DNA of 64,000 nucleotides from the NCBI GenBank assembly GCA_963820525.1, contig CAWGAA010000001.1, positions 2,944,001 to 3,008,000 on the forward strand, in the 5' to 3' direction. Under the pieces are notes generated by a model, which saw nothing but the letters and a program-made list of their open reading frames with translations, was not told the origin of the DNA and did no database searches. Of the stretch, positions 51,084 to 61,140 are shown piece by piece (within the stretch, counting starts at the first letter, position 1; each line of letters begins with the position of its first letter). The translations under genes and the position numbers were made by a program. Source of the DNA: an uncultured Spirochaetota bacterium (GTDB lineage: Bacteria > Spirochaetota > Spirochaetia > SZUA-6 > Fen-1364).

Positions 51084-51968
51084 ATGAACATCAGGAAAGC
51101 AGCCGCGAACGTTGTTCGCTATCTCGCCGTGTTCTCCGCCGTGTGCGTGGCGGTCTTGGTCTCCACCTGGATCGTCCCGGTGCGCGCCGAGCTCATGACC
51201 AGGATCACGGAGCTGGGCGCCGCCTTCATGGCGATCACAACGGTGAACTTCGCGATCACCGCGCTCGTTCTGTTTCTCTTCCTGTCCTTCGCCCGAACGA
51301 GCGGATGGCGGCTCGCCCTGGGACTGATCGGCGTATTCTGGGGCGTGCTGTACTTCATGAGCCAGATCGAGAGCCTGATCTTCAATGAGGCGCTCACCTC
51401 GATGACCACGAGCGACATCATCGAGAACGTCCTGCGCGGACTCGTGTCCACGGCGCTGTCGGTTCCCGCGGCGATGCTTCTCACCGGAGGATTCAAGAAG
51501 AAGGCGACGAGGGACGGCGCGTCCCTCCGCGTCGACATCGCGGATTATGCCTGGAAGCTCCCCGCAGCCGGTGTTGTCTTTGTGCTGGTGTACTGGCTCT
51601 TCGGCTATTTCGTGGCTTGGCAGTTCCCCGCCCTCCGGCAGTACTACTCGGGAACGACGGAACTGGTTCCTTTCTTTCCCTATACGGCGGCCATGCTCGC
51701 CAACTCGCCGTGGTTCGTTTTCGTGCAGTTCGGCCGCGGTCTTCTCTGGGGCCTGCTCGCCCTGCTGTCCGTCCTGCTCATCGGAAAAAGCAAGACTCGG
51801 AGCGCGTTCGGGGTCGGCGCGGTTTTCACCCTGTTCGGCCTCCAGCTCCTCGTTCCCAATCCGATGATGCCGACGGAAATCCGGGTCCCTCACCTCTTCG
51901 AGACGACAAGCTCGATGCTCTTGTACGGATCGTTCCTGGGGTGGTTCCTGCATCCAAGAAGAATTTAA
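51084..51968 (+). CDS. Hypothetical 8-TM membrane protein
   Basis: GAGGAGG SD and hydrophobic helices. Confidence 0.8.
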   Translation: MNIRKAAANVVRYLAVFSAVCVAVLVSTWIVPVRAELMTRITELGAAFMAITTVNFAITALVLFLFLSFARTSGWRLALGLIGVFWGVLYFMSQIESLIFNEALTSMTTSDIIENVLRGLVSTALSVPAAMLLTGGFKKKATRDGASLRVDIADYAWKLPAAGVVFVLVYWLFGYFVAWQFPALRQYYSGTTELVPFFPYTAAMLANSPWFVFVQFGRGLLWGLLALLSVLLIGKSKTRSAFGVGAVFTLFGLQLLVPNPMMPTEIRVPHLFETTSSMLLYGSFLGWFLHPRRI

Positions 51969-51974
51969 AGCCCT

Positions 51975-52316
51975 TCACTCAGCCGCGGCCCCCTCCTTGT
52001 CCTTCTGGTAGAGGTCGATGACGCTCTTTTTCCAGAGCTTCACCTTGGAGCGGTGCGCGCCGCGGGCGATGGCGTGGGCCGCGGTGGGTGAGGTGATCAG
52101 GATGAACAGGAGGCAGAGAAGCGCCTTGATGCCGAGGGAGGTGAAGCCGGACCAGGCCAGGACCCCGATCAGCATGAAGATGGTGCCGAAGGTGACGCAC
52201 TTGGTTGCGGCCTGGAGACGATTGTAGACGTCCGGCAGCCGCAACAAGCCGAGGCAGCCGAAGAAATTGAAGAAGATGCCGACCCCGAAGCAGATGATGG
52301 AGGCGATGTTACTCAT
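51975..52316 (-). CDS. mnhG: Mrp antiporter subunit G
   Basis: Motifs 'RLPDVYNRLQAATK', 'TSPTAAHAIAR'. Confidence 0.93.
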   Translation of the reverse strand: MSNIASIICFGVGIFFNFFGCLGLLRLPDVYNRLQAATKCVTFGTIFMLIGVLAWSGFTSLGIKALLCLLFILITSPTAAHAIARGAHRSKVKLWKKSVIDLYQKDKEGAAAE

Positions 52317-52575
52317 CGAAACCCCTCCCTTCCAGGTACTTCGCCAGTGCGACCGTACCGATGAAGCTCAAGAGGGCCCACGTGATGGCCACGGTGATGA
52401 AGAACTCCTGCCCCGTGACGACCGAGAGCAACGCACAGAAACCTACTATTACGATCCCGATGATGTCGATCGCCACGGTCCGGTCCGGGGCGGTGGGTCC
52501 GCGGGCAATGCGGTAGAGGCACATGAAACAGCAGAGCAGGAGCACGCCGGTGAAGATCTGAAATACGACGCTCAT
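52309..52575 (-). CDS. mnhF: Mrp antiporter subunit F
   Basis: Motifs 'RIARGPTAPDRTVAID', 'LSFIGTVALAKYL'. Confidence 0.92.
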   Translation of the reverse strand: MSVVFQIFTGVLLLCCFMCLYRIARGPTAPDRTVAIDIIGIVIVGFCALLSVVTGQEFFITVAITWALLSFIGTVALAKYLEGRGFDE

Positions 52576-52585
52576 GCACTCCCCC

Positions 52586-53113
52586 TCAGTCGAACATCTT
52601 CGACAATATGCGCTCGAAATCGGATACGATCTTCCGCGTGGCTTCCTCCACATCCGTCGCCTCCACGTTGATCCAATGGATGTAGAGGTAGCCGTCGTCC
52701 GTCATGTCCACCGTCATGGTCCCCGGCGTGAGGGTTATGGAGTTGGCAAGAACGGTCCTCCCCGATTCGCTGGTGAGTACGGTCTTCACCTTCACGATCC
52801 CTGGCCGTATCGGAAGCGCGGGATGGGCCACACGGTAGAGAACGTCGAGGTTCGCCTTGAGCATGGCCCAGAAGAAAACGGCAAGATAGACCGGCACCCA
52901 CAGCCAGCGTGCGATACTGCGCGGCCGCGCGGGGCGGCGCGGGGAAACCGCCGGGAATGTGAAAATCCTCGAGAAGAGAAGGCTGGCGGCCGCCGCCAGG
53001 ACCACCCCGATGATGAGCGGCTGCCAGTCCATCGTGCGCGTTCGAAAATCGTAGGGCCAGCTCACCAGGTACCAGAGAACCAGGGAGACGAGAAACAGGG
53101 TGATCCTTCGCAT
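52586..53113 (-). CDS. mnhE: Mrp antiporter subunit E
   Basis: Motifs 'IRPGIV', 'LANSITLTPGT', 'LYIHWI'. Confidence 0.93.
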   Translation of the reverse strand: MRRITLFLVSLVLWYLVSWPYDFRTRTMDWQPLIIGVVLAAAASLLFSRIFTFPAVSPRRPARPRSIARWLWVPVYLAVFFWAMLKANLDVLYRVAHPALPIRPGIVKVKTVLTSESGRTVLANSITLTPGTMTVDMTDDGYLYIHWINVEATDVEEATRKIVSDFERILSKMFD

Positions 53114-53114
53114 C

Positions 53115-54638
53115 CTAACCTCCAGACCCCGGGAAGACAGCCGCGGCGTATCCAAGGCCCGCCGACAGCGCGTTCACGGCAGGCTCGAGGAACTGCCCTC
53201 GAAGCCCCCCGACGAGGAGCAGTCCCATCCCCGCGCACAGCACCGCCAGAGCCACCATGGCCAGCGACATGGCCAGAGGGGATTCCTTCACCTCCCGGAG
53301 CCGCTCCGGCAGGCTCCCGAGGAATGCGTAGCGCAGGACCTTCAGGAACGAGACCAGGGTGACGAAGCTCACGAGAATCGTGATCGCCCCCAGCCAGTGG
53401 AACCCGGCCTGGAACGCCGCGATGATGATCAAGAGCTTGCTCCAGAACCCGTTGAACGGCGGCACCCCGGCGATGGAAAGAGAAGCGATGGTGCAGGCTA
53501 TCCGGGTGACGGGGAGTTTCTGCCACAACCCCCCCATCTCCTTCAACTGCCGCGTGCCCGTGGCGTATTCGATGGAGCCCGAGCAGAGAAACAGGAGGGA
53601 CTTGAAGACCGCGTGGTTCGCCAGGTGGAACACGCCTCCCAGGATGGCGAGTGAAGCCACGGCGGCGCTTCCGCCCGTGGCCAGAAGGTAGCCGCCCATG
53701 CCGAACCCCAGGATCACGTAGCCCATCTGGCTGATGCTGTGGTACGCGAGAAGACGCTTGAGATCCCATTGGCCGACGGCGAGGAAGACCCCCACGGTCA
53801 TGGAGAGCACCCCAACGGCAATGAGAACCGCGGCGAACCTTCCGTCCATGCCGATGACGTTGAAAAGCACGCGGGCAAGAGCGTAGATCCCCAACGCCTT
53901 GATCAGCACCCCGGAGAGCATGGCCGAGATGGGAGCCGGAGCCGAGGGATGGGCGTCGGGCAGCCAGGGATGGAAGGGGACCAGGGCCGCCTTGATCCCG
54001 AAACCCACGATGAAAAGCACGACGGCCATGGCCACCTGCGGCTTCATGGCGGAGCCCGCGAGCGCCCGGGAGATGCTCGCCATGGTGAGGAAGCCGGTCG
54101 TTCCGTACAGGAGAGCGATCCCCACGAGGATGAACGTGGAACCGATGCTGCCCAGCACGAGGTACCGGAACGACGCCTCCAGCTCCTCGTGCTCGGTGCC
54201 GAAGGCGACCAGCGCGTAGGATGACACGGAGGCGATCTCCAGGAACACGAAGAGGTTGAACAGGTCCCCGGTGATGATCACCCCGTTCATGCCCGCGACC
54301 ATGAGGAGGAAAAGCCCGTAATACCGATGCTTCGACGTGAAGCGCCTCATGTACGGAACCGAGAAGAGCGTGACGGAGAAGCTCACGCAGCCGATCACCA
54401 GGAGCATGAACGTGGAGAGGCCGTCCATCACCCACGCGATGCCCAGGGGAGGAGGCCAGCCGCCGACCGCGTAGACCCCGCGGGCTCCCCGCAAGAGCAC
54501 CGCCAGTGCCAGAAGCGCGAGGGTGCAGGCGTTGCCGAGTATGTCGCAAACCGCAGATGACTTCCTGCCCAGCACGGTGACGAGGAAAGCGCCGGCAAGC
54601 GGGACGGCCACCAGAAGCGGAACGAGGATGCCGCTCAT
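53115..54638 (-). CDS. mnhD: Mrp antiporter subunit D (antiporter-like)
   Basis: Motifs 'TGDLFNLFVFLEI', 'PFHPWLPDAHPSAP', 'KRLLAYHSISQMG', 'GVPPFNGFWSK'. Confidence 0.93.
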   Translation of the reverse strand: MSGILVPLLVAVPLAGAFLVTVLGRKSSAVCDILGNACTLALLALAVLLRGARGVYAVGGWPPPLGIAWVMDGLSTFMLLVIGCVSFSVTLFSVPYMRRFTSKHRYYGLFLLMVAGMNGVIITGDLFNLFVFLEIASVSSYALVAFGTEHEELEASFRYLVLGSIGSTFILVGIALLYGTTGFLTMASISRALAGSAMKPQVAMAVVLFIVGFGIKAALVPFHPWLPDAHPSAPAPISAMLSGVLIKALGIYALARVLFNVIGMDGRFAAVLIAVGVLSMTVGVFLAVGQWDLKRLLAYHSISQMGYVILGFGMGGYLLATGGSAAVASLAILGGVFHLANHAVFKSLLFLCSGSIEYATGTRQLKEMGGLWQKLPVTRIACTIASLSIAGVPPFNGFWSKLLIIIAAFQAGFHWLGAITILVSFVTLVSFLKVLRYAFLGSLPERLREVKESPLAMSLAMVALAVLCAGMGLLLVGGLRGQFLEPAVNALSAGLGYAAAVFPGSGG

Positions 54639-54982
54639 CCCTTCAACCTCCTGATCTCCGTGATGTCGAAGGTGCCGTATTTCTCGTAGAGGCGGATGCA
54701 CAGCGCGATGCCCAGGCTCGTGATCCCCAGCCCGATCACGATGGAAGTGAGCACGAGCGCCTGGGGAAGCGGATCCACCGCGCGGGAGAGGAAGTCGGTG
54801 AGATTGGTCGCCGGTTCGAGGATGGGCACGGCGCCGTTCTTCCTGTAGCCCAGGAGCACGAGGAAGAGGTTCACCGCGTATTCGATGATGGAAAGACCCA
54901 CCACGATCTTCACCGTGTTCTTCTTGGTCAGAACGCCGTACAGCCCCACAAGGAACAACACGAGGCACAACGCGTAGACCAT
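54635..54982 (-). CDS. mnhC: Mrp antiporter subunit C
   Basis: 'DPLPQALVLTSIVIG'. Confidence 0.94.
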   Translation of the reverse strand: MVYALCLVLFLVGLYGVLTKKNTVKIVVGLSIIEYAVNLFLVLLGYRKNGAVPILEPATNLTDFLSRAVDPLPQALVLTSIVIGLGITSLGIALCIRLYEKYGTFDITEIRRLKG

Positions 54983-54985
54983 GGG

Positions 54986-55468
54986 CTACTCCTCCTCTTC
55001 GGTCTGAACCATTTTTGAGGCGCCGTCCGCGTCCACCACGATCCGCAGCACGGAGAGGATCACGAAAATCGAGAACAGCGAGGCGCTCACCTTCAGGCAA
55101 ATGGCGATGTTGTTCACGGGTATCGTTCCCGCGCTCAGGATGTGAAAGCTCCTCCCGGGGAAGCGCTCCTGCAGGAAATTGGCGAAAAAGATCCCGCCCC
55201 ACCCGACGCCCAGGAGCCCCACCGTGAGAAAAATGAGCGCTCCGGCGCTGTCCAACCCGGCGGCGGTGCCCAGTCCGGCGCGCCCGAGGCTCGCCTCCTT
55301 GCCGAAGGCGAGGGTGAGGAGGATGTAGGCGCAGGCGATGATAACGCCGCCCGCGAACCCTCCGCCCGGAGAGAGGTGGCCCGTCAGGGTGATGTATGCC
55401 CCGTAAAGGACGATGAAGACCGTCACCCAGCGGGTGACGGTCTTCACGATCACCGTCATCCCTTTCAT
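54986..55468 (-). CDS. mnhB: Mrp antiporter subunit B (MnhB domain)
   Basis: 'GHLSPGGGFAGG'. Confidence 0.92.
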   Translation of the reverse strand: MKGMTVIVKTVTRWVTVFIVLYGAYITLTGHLSPGGGFAGGVIIACAYILLTLAFGKEASLGRAGLGTAAGLDSAGALIFLTVGLLGVGWGGIFFANFLQERFPGRSFHILSAGTIPVNNIAICLKVSASLFSIFVILSVLRIVVDADGASKMVQTEEEE

Positions 55469-56016
55469 TTGTCTTTCCCCCTCTTTGACCTGCCCCGCAG
55501 GATAGTCAGGGCGCCCAGAATGGAGGCGAAAAGGACCGTCGCCTCTCCCATCGTGTCGTAGCCCCGGTAGTCGAGCACGATCGACGTGACGGCGTTCGCG
55601 GAGCCCGTATCGCGCAGCGTCTCCTGGAGGTAGCGGTTGGCGGGCGCTTCCACCACCCGGGAGATGATGGGCGTGCCGAAGGGCGGCAGGCCGCGAAGGG
55701 CGAAAATCCCGAACGCCAGGAAGACCGCCAGGAGCGCGACCGAGAGGGCAAGCCCGGCCCACCCGATGTGTCCGCGGGCCGGAGTGACCTCCCGGGAAAT
55801 GGTTGCGCGGATGAGGAAGATGAGGGCCACGACCTCAACGGCGACCTGGACGATGGCGAGATCCGGCGCCCAGAGGAAAAGGAAGGCGATGCTCACCCCG
55901 ACGCCGACGGCGCCGAGGGAGATCACGGAAGAGATGAGGGCCGGGGTCTCCAGGGCGATAAAGCCCCCGAGGATCATGAAGGAAAGCAGTGCGATCAGAA
56001 TCGTCTCTGTTCCCAT
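55465..56016 (-). CDS. DUF4040/MbhD-MbhE-like subunit (MrpA C-terminal part)
   Basis: Motifs 'APDLAIVQVAVE', 'NAVTSIVLDYRGYDTMGEATVLF'. Confidence 0.9.
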   Translation of the reverse strand: MGTETILIALLSFMILGGFIALETPALISSVISLGAVGVGVSIAFLFLWAPDLAIVQVAVEVVALIFLIRATISREVTPARGHIGWAGLALSVALLAVFLAFGIFALRGLPPFGTPIISRVVEAPANRYLQETLRDTGSANAVTSIVLDYRGYDTMGEATVLFASILGALTILRGRSKRGKDK

Positions 56017-56025
56017 AGGCTTACC

Positions 56026-57858
56026 TCACAGGAAAACGATCACGGCGAAGAGCGCCAGGAGCCCCGCAATGCTCCAGGCCAGGTACCACGGGAGCATGCC
56101 GTTGTGCAGCTTGCGCAGCGCCCAGGTGATCCCGGCGCCGGCCCTGCCTATCTGGACGTAGGGATCGAAGGCGCCCTTCTCCTGGCCGCGGTACATCCTG
56201 CCCAGGAGCGGGAGGCTCCTGAGCGTCTCGTAGAAGCCGACGCCCGAGACGCGAAGCCGTTCGGCGCTCATGCTCTCTCCCCCGATGAACGGCTCCGCGA
56301 TCCGCGCCTTTTTCCTCAGGCGGCCGAGGCCATAGAGGAGCAGCCCCGCGGCCAGGCCGATAAGGAGGAGCGCGGTGGCAAGCGTCGAGTCCCAGACTCC
56401 GCCCGCCTCGGCAGAGAAACCCAGGGCAGGAAAGATCAGGGCCCTCAGGGTGAATCTGTAGAAGATCCCGATGCCGACGCAGGCGAGAGCAAGCACGGCA
56501 GGGGGCGCGAGCATCGCCCAGTTCACCTCGCCCGAGATCTCCCGCGTCCGAAGGGACCTCTGGCCGAGAAAGACGGAATACAGGGCCTTGATGAAGGAAG
56601 CGAGGGTAAGGGCGCTGCCGAACATGGCGGTCACGAGGAACAGCATCGAGGCCCATCCCCCGGCTTGAATGGCGCCCTGGTAGATCATCCACTTGGAGGC
56701 GAAGCCGTTGAGGGGTGGGATGCCGGAGATTGCGAGGGATGCCACGAGAAAGGAGGCGAAGGTGACGGGCATGGCCGCGGCAAGGCCGCCCAGATCCTCC
56801 AGGTTCGTGGTCCCGGCCTTTTTTTCCACCGATCCTCCGCCCAGGAAAAGGCAGCTCTTGTACAGCGTGTGATTCAGCATGTGGAACAGCCCGCCCGCGA
56901 TGCCGATCGGGGTCAGCGTACCGATGCCGAGCACCATGTACCCGACCTGGCTGATGGCATGGTAGGAGAGCAGGCGCATGAGGTCGTGCTGCACCATGGC
57001 CATGAGCACCGCGGCGACGATGGTCACCGCGCCGACGGTCATCAGCACCGTACCGATGGCGGCCGTGGGAATGAAGATGCCCGTGCAGATCCGCACCAGC
57101 AGGTAGATTCCCAGGAGCTTGTCCAACGCGGCCGGGAGGAAGGCCATCACCGCGGCAGGCGCTCCTTCGCTCGCGGCGGGTATCCAGGAGTGGAAAGGCA
57201 TGGAGCCCGCCTTTGTCAAGGCGGCAGTCCCGATCAGGAGAAAGGCGATCGAGAGGAGCCATCCCTGGACCGGCACGTGGATCGCGCTCATGGAGAACGA
57301 GCGCACCGCGTACCACAACAGTCCGATGCCCAGGAGCAGGCAGCCGTCCGTGGCGCCCAACATGACGAAGCTCTTCGTCGCCCCCGCCCTCGCCTCGGCC
57401 GTGCCGGTGGCGACCAGGAAGTACAGGGAGGCGGTGACGATCTCCCAGAAGATGAGGAAGGCCAGGAGATGGTCGGCAAGGAGCACGCCGCTCGAGCCTC
57501 CGATTGCGAAGAGCAGGAACGCGTAGTATTCCCGCAGCCTGGCTTTTCCCGCCATCGCGGGAAGGGAGTACAGGGTGATGAGCAGGCCGAACGCCGCGGA
57601 GAGCAGGAGCGCGAAGGAGCCCAGAGGGGTGAGGGTGAGATCGAGGGAAAGGGAGAAATCCCCGATGGAGATCAGCGGCAGCATGAAATCTGGCCCGCCG
57701 GCGATGAAGAGCCAAAGGGAGAAGGCGAAGGTGGCTGCCGCCGCCAGGAGGGCGAGGGATTCCCTCACCCATTTCATGGCACGGGGGATCGCGAGGGCGA
57801 GAATCCCGGCGGCCAGCGGAACGACGACCGGCAGGAGCGTCACGGCTTGCGTGCTCAT
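56026..57858 (-). CDS. NuoL/HyfB-like antiporter subunit
   Basis: Motifs 'FLIFWEI', 'TKAGSMPFHSWIP', 'RLLSYHAISQVGYM', 'GIPPLNGFASKW'. Confidence 0.92.
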   Translation of the reverse strand: MSTQAVTLLPVVVPLAAGILALAIPRAMKWVRESLALLAAAATFAFSLWLFIAGGPDFMLPLISIGDFSLSLDLTLTPLGSFALLLSAAFGLLITLYSLPAMAGKARLREYYAFLLFAIGGSSGVLLADHLLAFLIFWEIVTASLYFLVATGTAEARAGATKSFVMLGATDGCLLLGIGLLWYAVRSFSMSAIHVPVQGWLLSIAFLLIGTAALTKAGSMPFHSWIPAASEGAPAAVMAFLPAALDKLLGIYLLVRICTGIFIPTAAIGTVLMTVGAVTIVAAVLMAMVQHDLMRLLSYHAISQVGYMVLGIGTLTPIGIAGGLFHMLNHTLYKSCLFLGGGSVEKKAGTTNLEDLGGLAAAMPVTFASFLVASLAISGIPPLNGFASKWMIYQGAIQAGGWASMLFLVTAMFGSALTLASFIKALYSVFLGQRSLRTREISGEVNWAMLAPPAVLALACVGIGIFYRFTLRALIFPALGFSAEAGGVWDSTLATALLLIGLAAGLLLYGLGRLRKKARIAEPFIGGESMSAERLRVSGVGFYETLRSLPLLGRMYRGQEKGAFDPYVQIGRAGAGITWALRKLHNGMLPWYLAWSIAGLLALFAVIVFL

Positions 57859-57871
57859 CGAAACACCGCCT

Positions 57872-58813
57872 CTACAGCCAGGTCAGGCCGAGCGCCCGCC
57901 CAATGAAGGCGAGCGCGAACGAAACCAGCGACAAAAGAGTGAGAGGTCTCCAGAAAAATTTCAGGGATTGGTCCACCCTCACCCTCGGATTCGTGTTCTT
58001 GATCACGATGATCAGGACGAGGATTCCCGCGTACTTGAGCACGGACCACAGGGATTGCCATCCGCCGAAGCGCAACCCGCCGAGGAAAAGGGCGCACAGG
58101 AACACGGGGAGGGTAAAGAGCAGCATCGCCTGGGTGAGCTTGAAGACAGCAAGGGGCAGCCCCGAGTACTCGATGAGGAACCCGCCCATGATCTCGGTCT
58201 CCGCCTCCGAGATGTCGAAGGGGATCATGCCGAGCTTCGCCTGTACGCACAGCAGGGAGACGACGAAGGCGAGAGCGCCGGAGACGCTCGCGACAACGGG
58301 GGAGGAGGCGATCCGGGCGATCTGCAGGCTGAATCCGCTGTGGACGATGACGACGACAATGCAGATGAGGAAGGGAAGCTCGTAGGAGAGGATGAGCTTC
58401 ATTTCACGGCTCGCTCCCAGGCCGGCGAGGGGATTTCCCGAGGCGAGGGCGCCGAGCATCAGCGCGAGGGAGGGGAGCATGAGGAAATACACCACAACGA
58501 CCAGGTCTCCCATGAAGGAGCTCCCGCGCAGGAATGCGAGCCAGAGAACGGGGGATACGGCGGAGACGGCGATCAGGCCGATGAAAGGAGCGAAGAGGAA
58601 GAGGCCGTGGTTGCCGCCCTTGGGAAGGATCACCTCCTTGCCCATCAGCTTTACAATGTCGTAGACCGGCTGCGCCAGAGGCGGGCCCACCCGCCACTGC
58701 AGCCGCGCGGTCACCTTCCTGTCCACCCAGCTGGCCAGAAGCCCCAGGATCGCGGTGAAGAGGAAGCCGGGGAACACAAGGAAGGCAAAGACGTCTCTTG
58801 CCACGTGAGTCAC
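57872..58813 (-). CDS. NuoH/HycD-like membrane anchor subunit
   Basis: Motifs 'DRKVTARLQWRVGPP', 'PFDISEAETE...EYSG', 'NPRVRVDQ'. Confidence 0.93.
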   Translation of the reverse strand: MTHVARDVFAFLVFPGFLFTAILGLLASWVDRKVTARLQWRVGPPLAQPVYDIVKLMGKEVILPKGGNHGLFLFAPFIGLIAVSAVSPVLWLAFLRGSSFMGDLVVVVYFLMLPSLALMLGALASGNPLAGLGASREMKLILSYELPFLICIVVVIVHSGFSLQIARIASSPVVASVSGALAFVVSLLCVQAKLGMIPFDISEAETEIMGGFLIEYSGLPLAVFKLTQAMLLFTLPVFLCALFLGGLRFGGWQSLWSVLKYAGILVLIIVIKNTNPRVRVDQSLKFFWRPLTLLSLVSFALAFIGRALGLTWL

Positions 58814-59346
58814 CCTCCCTTCGCGGGGGCGTGCTTTCCCGCGGTGCGGCGCCCTCTTTCGGACGCGTTGGTGAGGAGAGCCGCCGAGATGAGATCCGCC
58901 AGGAGTCCCGCCGCGCGCCGCAGATCATCCGAGAGAGGCGAGCCGATGCGGAGGCAGGCGGGCTGGATGCCGAGGACGTGAACCGCCGCGCCCGTCTGGG
59001 AGGAAATGATGCCGGACAGCTCGGCCAGGGGCATCGCGTGAGTGGTGAGGCACGCTCCGTCCAGACAGGCCGGATCAAGGATCTCGAACTCGCCCGGCGG
59101 CCTGCCCAGATGGGCGGCGTCGATCAGCAGGACCGTGTCGGGCAGCTCCCGGACCATGCGTCCGAGGTGGTTCTCCGGCGCATCCGCGGCCTCCAGAACC
59201 CCGGCCCCGGGGGCGCCGCGCAGCAGGCGCGCCACCGAAAGCCCAACGGCGTCGTCTCCGCGAAGCTCGTTGCCGATCCCGACGAGCATCACCTTCCCCC
59301 GCAGAATCGGGATGAAGGGATTGCCTGCCGCGCTTCCTTCTCTCAT
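58810..59346 (-). CDS. hycI: Hydrogenase maturation endopeptidase
   Basis: Motifs 'GIGNELRGDDAVG', 'APEN', 'IDAA', 'TTH', 'LGIQP'. Confidence 0.9.
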   Translation of the reverse strand: MREGSAAGNPFIPILRGKVMLVGIGNELRGDDAVGLSVARLLRGAPGAGVLEAADAPENHLGRMVRELPDTVLLIDAAHLGRPPGEFEILDPACLDGACLTTHAMPLAELSGIISSQTGAAVHVLGIQPACLRIGSPLSDDLRRAAGLLADLISAALLTNASERGRRTAGKHAPAKGG

Positions 59347-59350
59347 CTGC

Positions 59351-59962
59351 CTATCCCGTGGTGAGCGTGGTCCGCCTGCGGCAGCGGGCGCAGAGAATCT
59401 TTGCCCGGTCGGACCGCCCGCGATCCGCGATGGCGGCGGCGACGTTGTCGTCAATGACCCCCATGCTCCGCAGGCGCGAGTGGAAGAGGGTGGGGCTGGA
59501 GAACTCCAGCTCCCCCACCCGCTCGGCGATCCATGAGAGGTGATCCCTGCACGCGATGACGTCACCGCAGACTTCGCAGAGGGCCAGCTCCTTCTCTATG
59601 GTCTCGAAGGATTGCGTCTTTCGGTCGAAAAAGGACAGCTCCCAGTCGTTGGAAAGCGCTATTCCGAGGTGATCCGCGATGCATGCGGCTTCACAGCAGC
59701 CGCAGAAGATGCAGGTATCGGTGTAATGGATCATGACCCGCCTGGCGACGCCGCCGTTCACCTCGTCCCGGTGGCCGATGGCATCCACCGGGCATACCTG
59801 CTCGCAGGCCAGGCAGCCGACGCATCGCTCGGCGTCGAATTTCGGCTGTCCCCGGAAGTTGCCGTGGGGAACGTGAGGGGTGCGGGGGAACGTCGAGGTG
59901 TAGGGCCGGCTCATGAGGGCCTTGATCGCCTCAGCGAGCTCCCGCATCTTGGGAAGCTTCAT
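59351..59962 (-). CDS. NuoI/HycF-like 2[4Fe-4S] subunit with extra Cys motifs
   Basis: Motifs 'CVGCLACEQVCP', 'CIFCGCCEAAC', 'CEVC', 'CARC'. Confidence 0.92.
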   Translation of the reverse strand: MKLPKMRELAEAIKALMSRPYTSTFPRTPHVPHGNFRGQPKFDAERCVGCLACEQVCPVDAIGHRDEVNGGVARRVMIHYTDTCIFCGCCEAACIADHLGIALSNDWELSFFDRKTQSFETIEKELALCEVCGDVIACRDHLSWIAERVGELEFSSPTLFHSRLRSMGVIDDNVAAAIADRGRSDRAKILCARCRRRTTLTTG

Positions 59963-61140
59963 ACGCCCATCTCCTTGCGCAGCGCCTCCGTCTTGCATTG
60001 CGAGAGGCGGATGATGTCCTGGCCGTTGTACAGCAGCCTGCCGTCCGTCGAACGGACCGCCATGCGTTCCGTGCAGCAATAGCAGGGATCCACCGCGGCA
60101 AGAATGATCGTGGCGTCCGCGATCGATTGGCCGACCACGGTGGAATAGCAGGTGGGAATGTTCATAAAAGAGGGCGCCCTGACCTTGTGCCGTACGGGCC
60201 GGTTGGTGCCGTCGCTGCGCACGTAATGGAAGACCTCGCCTCGTGGGGCTTCGTGGGTTCCAATCCCTTCGCCGGGCGGCACACCGGTAAGGTTGAGGTC
60301 GATCTCCCCTTTGGGCAGTCCGGCAAGGCACTCCTTCACGATTTTCACGGATTCGAAGATCTCGAGGACCCGCACCAGAAGCTTGTCGAAAACGTCGCCG
60401 TGGGTCGCGCTCACCATCTTCCACTCCACCCGGTCGTAGGCAGCGTAGGGTGAGTCTTTTCGTATGTCCCGGCAAACGCCGGACGCCCTGGCGGTCGGAC
60501 CCACGGCGCACCAGGCAATGGCGTCGTCATGGCTGAGCACGCCGATTCCTTTCAACCGGGCGTGGAGCACGGGGTCGTCCAGCACCGCCTTTTTCAGAAG
60601 GTCAAGGGTGGGCAGGATGGAGTCGATCTTCTTCACTACGACGGGGATGTCGTCGTCCTTGATGTCACGCCGGACCCCGCCGGGCTTGAACATGGCGTAA
60701 TTGTTCCGGTTGCCGGAAAGGATCTCCATGACGTCGAGGATTTCCTCCCTCAGCTTCCAGACCCACATGTAGACCGTGTTGTATCCCAGAAAGTGGCCGG
60801 CCAGGCCGAGCCACAGAAGGTGGGAGTGGATGCGCTCCCCCTCCGCGATGATCGTGCGGATGTATTTGGCCCGTTCGGGCTCCTGTACGCCGAGGATGTC
60901 TTCAACGGCACGCGTGTAGGCGAAGGGATGGCTCGTGGAGCAGATGCCGCAGATCCGCTCGACCACGAAGGTGGCCTGGTCGAAGGTCTTGCTTTCCGAA
61001 AGCTTCTCGATTCCCCGGTGGTTGTACCCGAGGGCAAGGTCGACGCCCACGACCTTTTCGCCCTCCACCGTGAGGCTGAAGAACTCGGGCTCCTCCTGCA
61101 GGGGGTGGAAAGGCCCTAGGGGAATGATCGAGCGCTGCAT
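59959..61140 (-). CDS. Group 4 [NiFe]-hydrogenase large subunit
   Basis: L1 'ERICGICSTSH', L2 'DPCYCCTER' plus a C-terminal extension, and 'EAPRGE'. Confidence 0.95.
   Translation of the reverse strand: MQRSIIPLGPFHPLQEEPEFFSLTVEGEKVVGVDLALGYNHRGIEKLSESKTFDQATFVVERICGICSTSHPFAYTRAVEDILGVQEPERAKYIRTIIAEGERIHSHLLWLGLAGHFLGYNTVYMWVWKLREEILDVMEILSGNRNNYAMFKPGGVRRDIKDDDIPVVVKKIDSILPTLDLLKKAVLDDPVLHARLKGIGVLSHDDAIAWCAVGPTARASGVCRDIRKDSPYAAYDRVEWKMVSATHGDVFDKLLVRVLEIFESVKIVKECLAGLPKGEIDLNLTGVPPGEGIGTHEAPRGEVFHYVRSDGTNRPVRHKVRAPSFMNIPTCYSTVVGQSIADATIILAAVDPCYCCTERMAVRSTDGRLLYNGQDIIRLSQCKTEALRKEMGV

Noticed and set aside
53115..55202. 695-aa extended MnhD, and similar 5' extensions of 24156-25925, 26395-28065, 37305-38933, 59351-60511, 62610-63890
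   Set aside because: The extensions overlap neighbouring genes in other frames or strands. Internal starts, mostly translationally coupled, give normal-sized proteins.
59959..61140. Selenocysteine hydrogenase or non-hydrogenase (Ehr/Mbx-like) complex
   Set aside because: No in-frame TGA. Both CxxC Ni-binding motifs, a cleavable C-terminal tail and HycI are present.
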